From Lingula anatina (taxonomy: Eukaryota; Animalia; Brachiopoda), in contig CM120640.1 in assembly GCA_051362555.1 (NCBI GenBank), positions 25,840,225 to 25,904,224 on the forward strand: a stretch of DNA of 64,000 nt. The letters are read 5' to 3'. Shown here in pieces: positions 35,629 to 64,000 of the stretch (the stretch's first letter is position 1; each line of letters opens with the position of its first letter). The position numbers were made by a program, and so were the translations under genes. The notes beneath the pieces are model-generated. The model did no database searches. It saw only the letters and a list, made by a program, of their open reading frames with translations, and was not told the origin of the DNA.

Positions 35629-37851
35629 TGACAAACATGTATGTGTTAGGGAAATAAGCACTACTTGAGCTTTAGAGTTGATGTATACCTTCTTTTTCAT
35701 ATTTTAACTCCCACAATATTTGACAGACTCTGGTGTTAAAAATTTCAGCTGATACCAAACAAAGAAAAACATGCCACTAGATCCATTTAAAATAAATGAT
35801 AATTCAGTTATGGTGTACAGTCTATAGATGTGTAATTTCCACAAGAAATATTTCCTCTGAGCTGTTCAAGTAAACATGTTTTTAAAATGTTATAGAATAC
35901 CAAATCATTTTACTTAAAACCCATATGCACGTTCAATTATCATGTATCTCCACACCCACATATAATCAGGTGTACATACCTGACTGTTGTGTATCTTGTA
36001 TTTCTTTCTCAATTCTCCTCATCCAATCCTCTTTAATTTCATCCTGTATATTAAAGAAAATTATATATAAAATCTAGATCACACTTTGTTTACATCTGTT
36101 TTTCTTTACTTTGATTTTTATCAAACTAAACTGAATAAACCATTCTAAACATTAACAGAAAAAACACTGAAGAGTCTGTGGTATTTGAAAAAGGACTTTG
36201 GTGCATGAAACAATTGGATATATGTACTGCTCCATACTGATTTGTCTTAAAACACAGCATAATAATTTAAAGATGTAGTTATGAAAAAGCAGATTATACT
36301 TCTGAATGTTCTTCATCTTCAGACGAGTCATCAAAGGTCATCTTCTCAAAATCTATTCTGAGCCAGGCAGGTTTCCTTCCATCTAGCATCAGTCTTGGCC
36401 ATGTTTCTCCATAGCTCACTTTCTTCAACTTGAACCGTACCCCATTCTCTGTCAGAGTAAAAATACTACCCTGTAAAAAAAGATGACAACGTCAATACAT
36501 TGAATGTAAACAGCCTCCAAACTGTGTGTGTTTCAAATAGCATACCTACAGATCTTTTTATAAGCTATAAAAAAAACATTGAACTTGAATATCACTTGGC
36601 TGTAATATTCTTCACATTTGGCAGAAACAAGAAATGAAAAAAAATTAAAACAATTATAATCATATCAAGATTTTCTAAGTTGATAATGTACAGTACCTCA
36701 CCTCTTTTTCAATGGGTGTAAAAAATGGTATGTCAAGTTCATATTGATTCTGTCCATGCCCTCCTATTCCATTAGCTTTAAAATAAAGTCGATCTTCTGT
36801 CAAATTAATCTGGGGATTCTAAAAGTAATAATATTCATATTTAGCATTTGCCAATTCATTATACCGGTGTCACGTGTATGGTCCGTTCTGTGTGAACCAT
36901 CCGTCCTGACCGATTGTACATGCAGCAGATGCGTGTATAAGCCTTTCCGTGAATGATCCGTTGTTATTCACCTGTACTGTTATATTGGGATAGTTCATTT
37001 CCTACCTCATTATATATTTACTATAATGTGGATATTTCTAGGTAAAATTAATATGTTCATTGATAATTTTGATAGACTATCAGCGTCAAATTACAGTTTG
37101 GCGCATGGATGAACCTACCGTGGACAGGTCGTCGTTATTCAGCTGTTGGCCTATTATATGTATTTTCATATTGATTTTACTAGGCTAGTGTGTTGATATG
37201 GCCACCTAAGGGAAATCGCAGTAAAGGTGAACATCTATAAGATATAAATACTTCTAAAGATGATGTTTGAATTTGCAGCATGTTCTCAGCAGCGCATGTT
37301 TATATAAGTCTAAGAATGTATTGATGACTCGATAGAGATGGACTGTACACGCCGGAAGTCTCAGATTTGCCTGCGCTTTGTGCGCATGAGCAGAACGGAT
37401 GGTTCACGCCCTGAACGATTCATGCCACACCGGTATCTGTACAATCATGGAAGTTTATCTATACATGTAATTCCATGGTACAATCAAGTTCAAGTCATAC
37501 CGCCATTTTACCTCTTTGGATTTAAATTATAAAGTAACAATAATAAACCTGAAATATTTGATAAATATTTAGTTAGATTATTTGATGCTCCTATTAACGC
37601 TTTCTATATCTGCATGAACAGCAGATAAGCCGTCTATAGAACTGTTGAATCCTGGAGTAAAACTGCATGCTCAAGAACACTTTCTGGTTGGGCTTTCCAA
37701 AATGCACTACAGCACAGAACCATCACAGATATATCCCACAGGCATCATCTACCGTTTTTTAAATTACCGTAATTTCCCTGAGTTCAATATTCAAAGAAGT
37801 ATATTCCTTGTTTTGACCCCAGTAAACAATGGGACTTAATATCTCCGCCAT
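33621..37851 (-). CDS. HACD3: Very-long-chain (3R)-3-hydroxyacyl-CoA dehydratase 3 (PTPLAD1): CS/p23 domain + PTPLA domain, 10 coding exons, ~370 aa
   Basis: Exons 37851-37768, 36818-36702, 36470-36300, 36043-35980, 35488-35378, 35196-35069, 34917-34805, 34500-34394, 34197-34066, 33706-33621 (1113 nt). MAEILSPIVYWGQ..LYFKANGIGGHG..WPRLM..KPAWLRIDFEK..YLFIYNLFQFVG..MQVLGR..EIVRYPYY..LRYTLWIPLYPVGFGCEG (catalytic Y/E)..HMYYQTKRKLG..KKKKK* (dilysine ER signal). Confidence 0.95.
35549..35624. repeat. (CA)n microsatellite
   Basis: Long perfect AC run in a HACD3 intron. Confidence 0.97.
36864..37433. mobile_element. Old MITE with imperfect TIRs, TA-flanked
   Basis: TA-CCGGTGT...GTGAACCATCCGTCCTG at left versus CAGAACGGATGGTTCAC...ACACCGG-TA at right. 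It lies in a HACD3 intron. Confidence 0.6.
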
Positions 37852-38010
37852 TACCGCTGAAAACAGACGACAGGAAATAGGTCAGCGATAAATATAAAAC
37901 GATTTTGTAAATTATTATAAAATAAGACAAAGGGTTAATTTTTACAATAAAAATAGCATCAAAATATTTTATATAAATAGAAAAAGTTTTAATAAAATAT
38001 GAATACTCAC

Positions 38011-38257
38011 GCTTTTCACTCTTTGTATCATTTTGAATAGATGATTCTCATGCAATCAGCGTAATCAAAAACTTTAGCGCGTTCTGAATATTATTTACTT
38101 CCGGGGTGAAGTTGGAGGTTCAACATCGTGAGCGCTTTTGGGTCGAGATGCTGTAGTACTCGCAACAAATTAATCAAATTCCACGAACTTCTATGCTTTG
38201 ATATGGAGGGGAGTTGAAACTTTGTGCAACGGGAAAAGACACTAACAGAAGTGGAAT
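38011..38257. promoter_or_regulatory. Compact bidirectional promoter/5' leaders of HACD3 (-) and DAPK1 (+)
   Basis: The start codons are only ~400 bp apart (37851 / 38258). A minus-strand GTGAGT donor lies at 38010 and an acceptor at 37857. An ETS-type ACTTCCGG sits at 38097-38104 and CpG is locally enriched. Confidence 0.65.
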
Positions 38258-63670
<25,413 letters not shown>

Positions 63671-64000
63671 GTAAGACAATTGCAGACTTACAGTGTCAGC
63701 ATCTCAATGTGACTGTAACTTTTCATATATAGTCACAGTAACACTCCCCTGCATCTGGGCCCTATGTCTGCCCATGTCACAGCAAAACTTAAAAACTGTT
63801 TTTTTCAGTATTTTTTCCCTTTTGAAGAGGGATGAGATTTTTCCGACTATTGGTGGATTTTCTATTTTTTGGGGATCTGGAAATATTGGTCTAGGTGGCC
63901 CCCTGGACCTCACGCCATTTTTTCCGACCTTTTCAATGAATGGCAGTCTCATCCATGTTTGAATCTTTCTGTCCATACATATAAATTAACTCCAAAAAAT

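Noticed and set aside
35298-35700. CVCVCV ORFs (also 59368-59757, 53805-54092)
   Set aside because: Translations of CA microsatellites or antisense of real exons.
63691-63976. Possible hAT-like element and 90-aa ORFs at the window end
   Set aside because: No matching second terminus or TSD is visible within the window.

Overview
AT-rich, intron-containing animal genomic DNA (invertebrate bilaterian-like, possibly molluscan; the taxon cannot be fixed from sequence alone). Five spliced genes were reconstructed by hand with phase-consistent exons. (1) A C3orf38 homolog (-, 3 exons, needs a GC-AG intron). (2) Divergent from it, a 15-exon gene (+) for a ~918-aa protein with an unusual LOTUS - RRM - RRM - RRM - Q/K-rich repeat - extended Tudor architecture. 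(3) A TMEM221/Jiraiya-like 4-TM protein (-). (4) HACD3/PTPLAD1 (-, 10 coding exons). (5) Divergent from HACD3, DAPK1 (+), which runs off the window, with three extra candidate exons between the CaM-binding and ankyrin exons. Introns and the region downstream of the LOTUS gene carry many non-autonomous DNA elements (Academ-, Sola-, Harbinger-, hAT-like), a Penelope-like insertion with a minimal hammerhead motif, and an RTE 3' end. The most unusual observation is two copies of a ~220-bp element whose outer ends lie in the same orientation while their cores are inverted relative to each other. All family assignments come from recalled motifs, not database searches.
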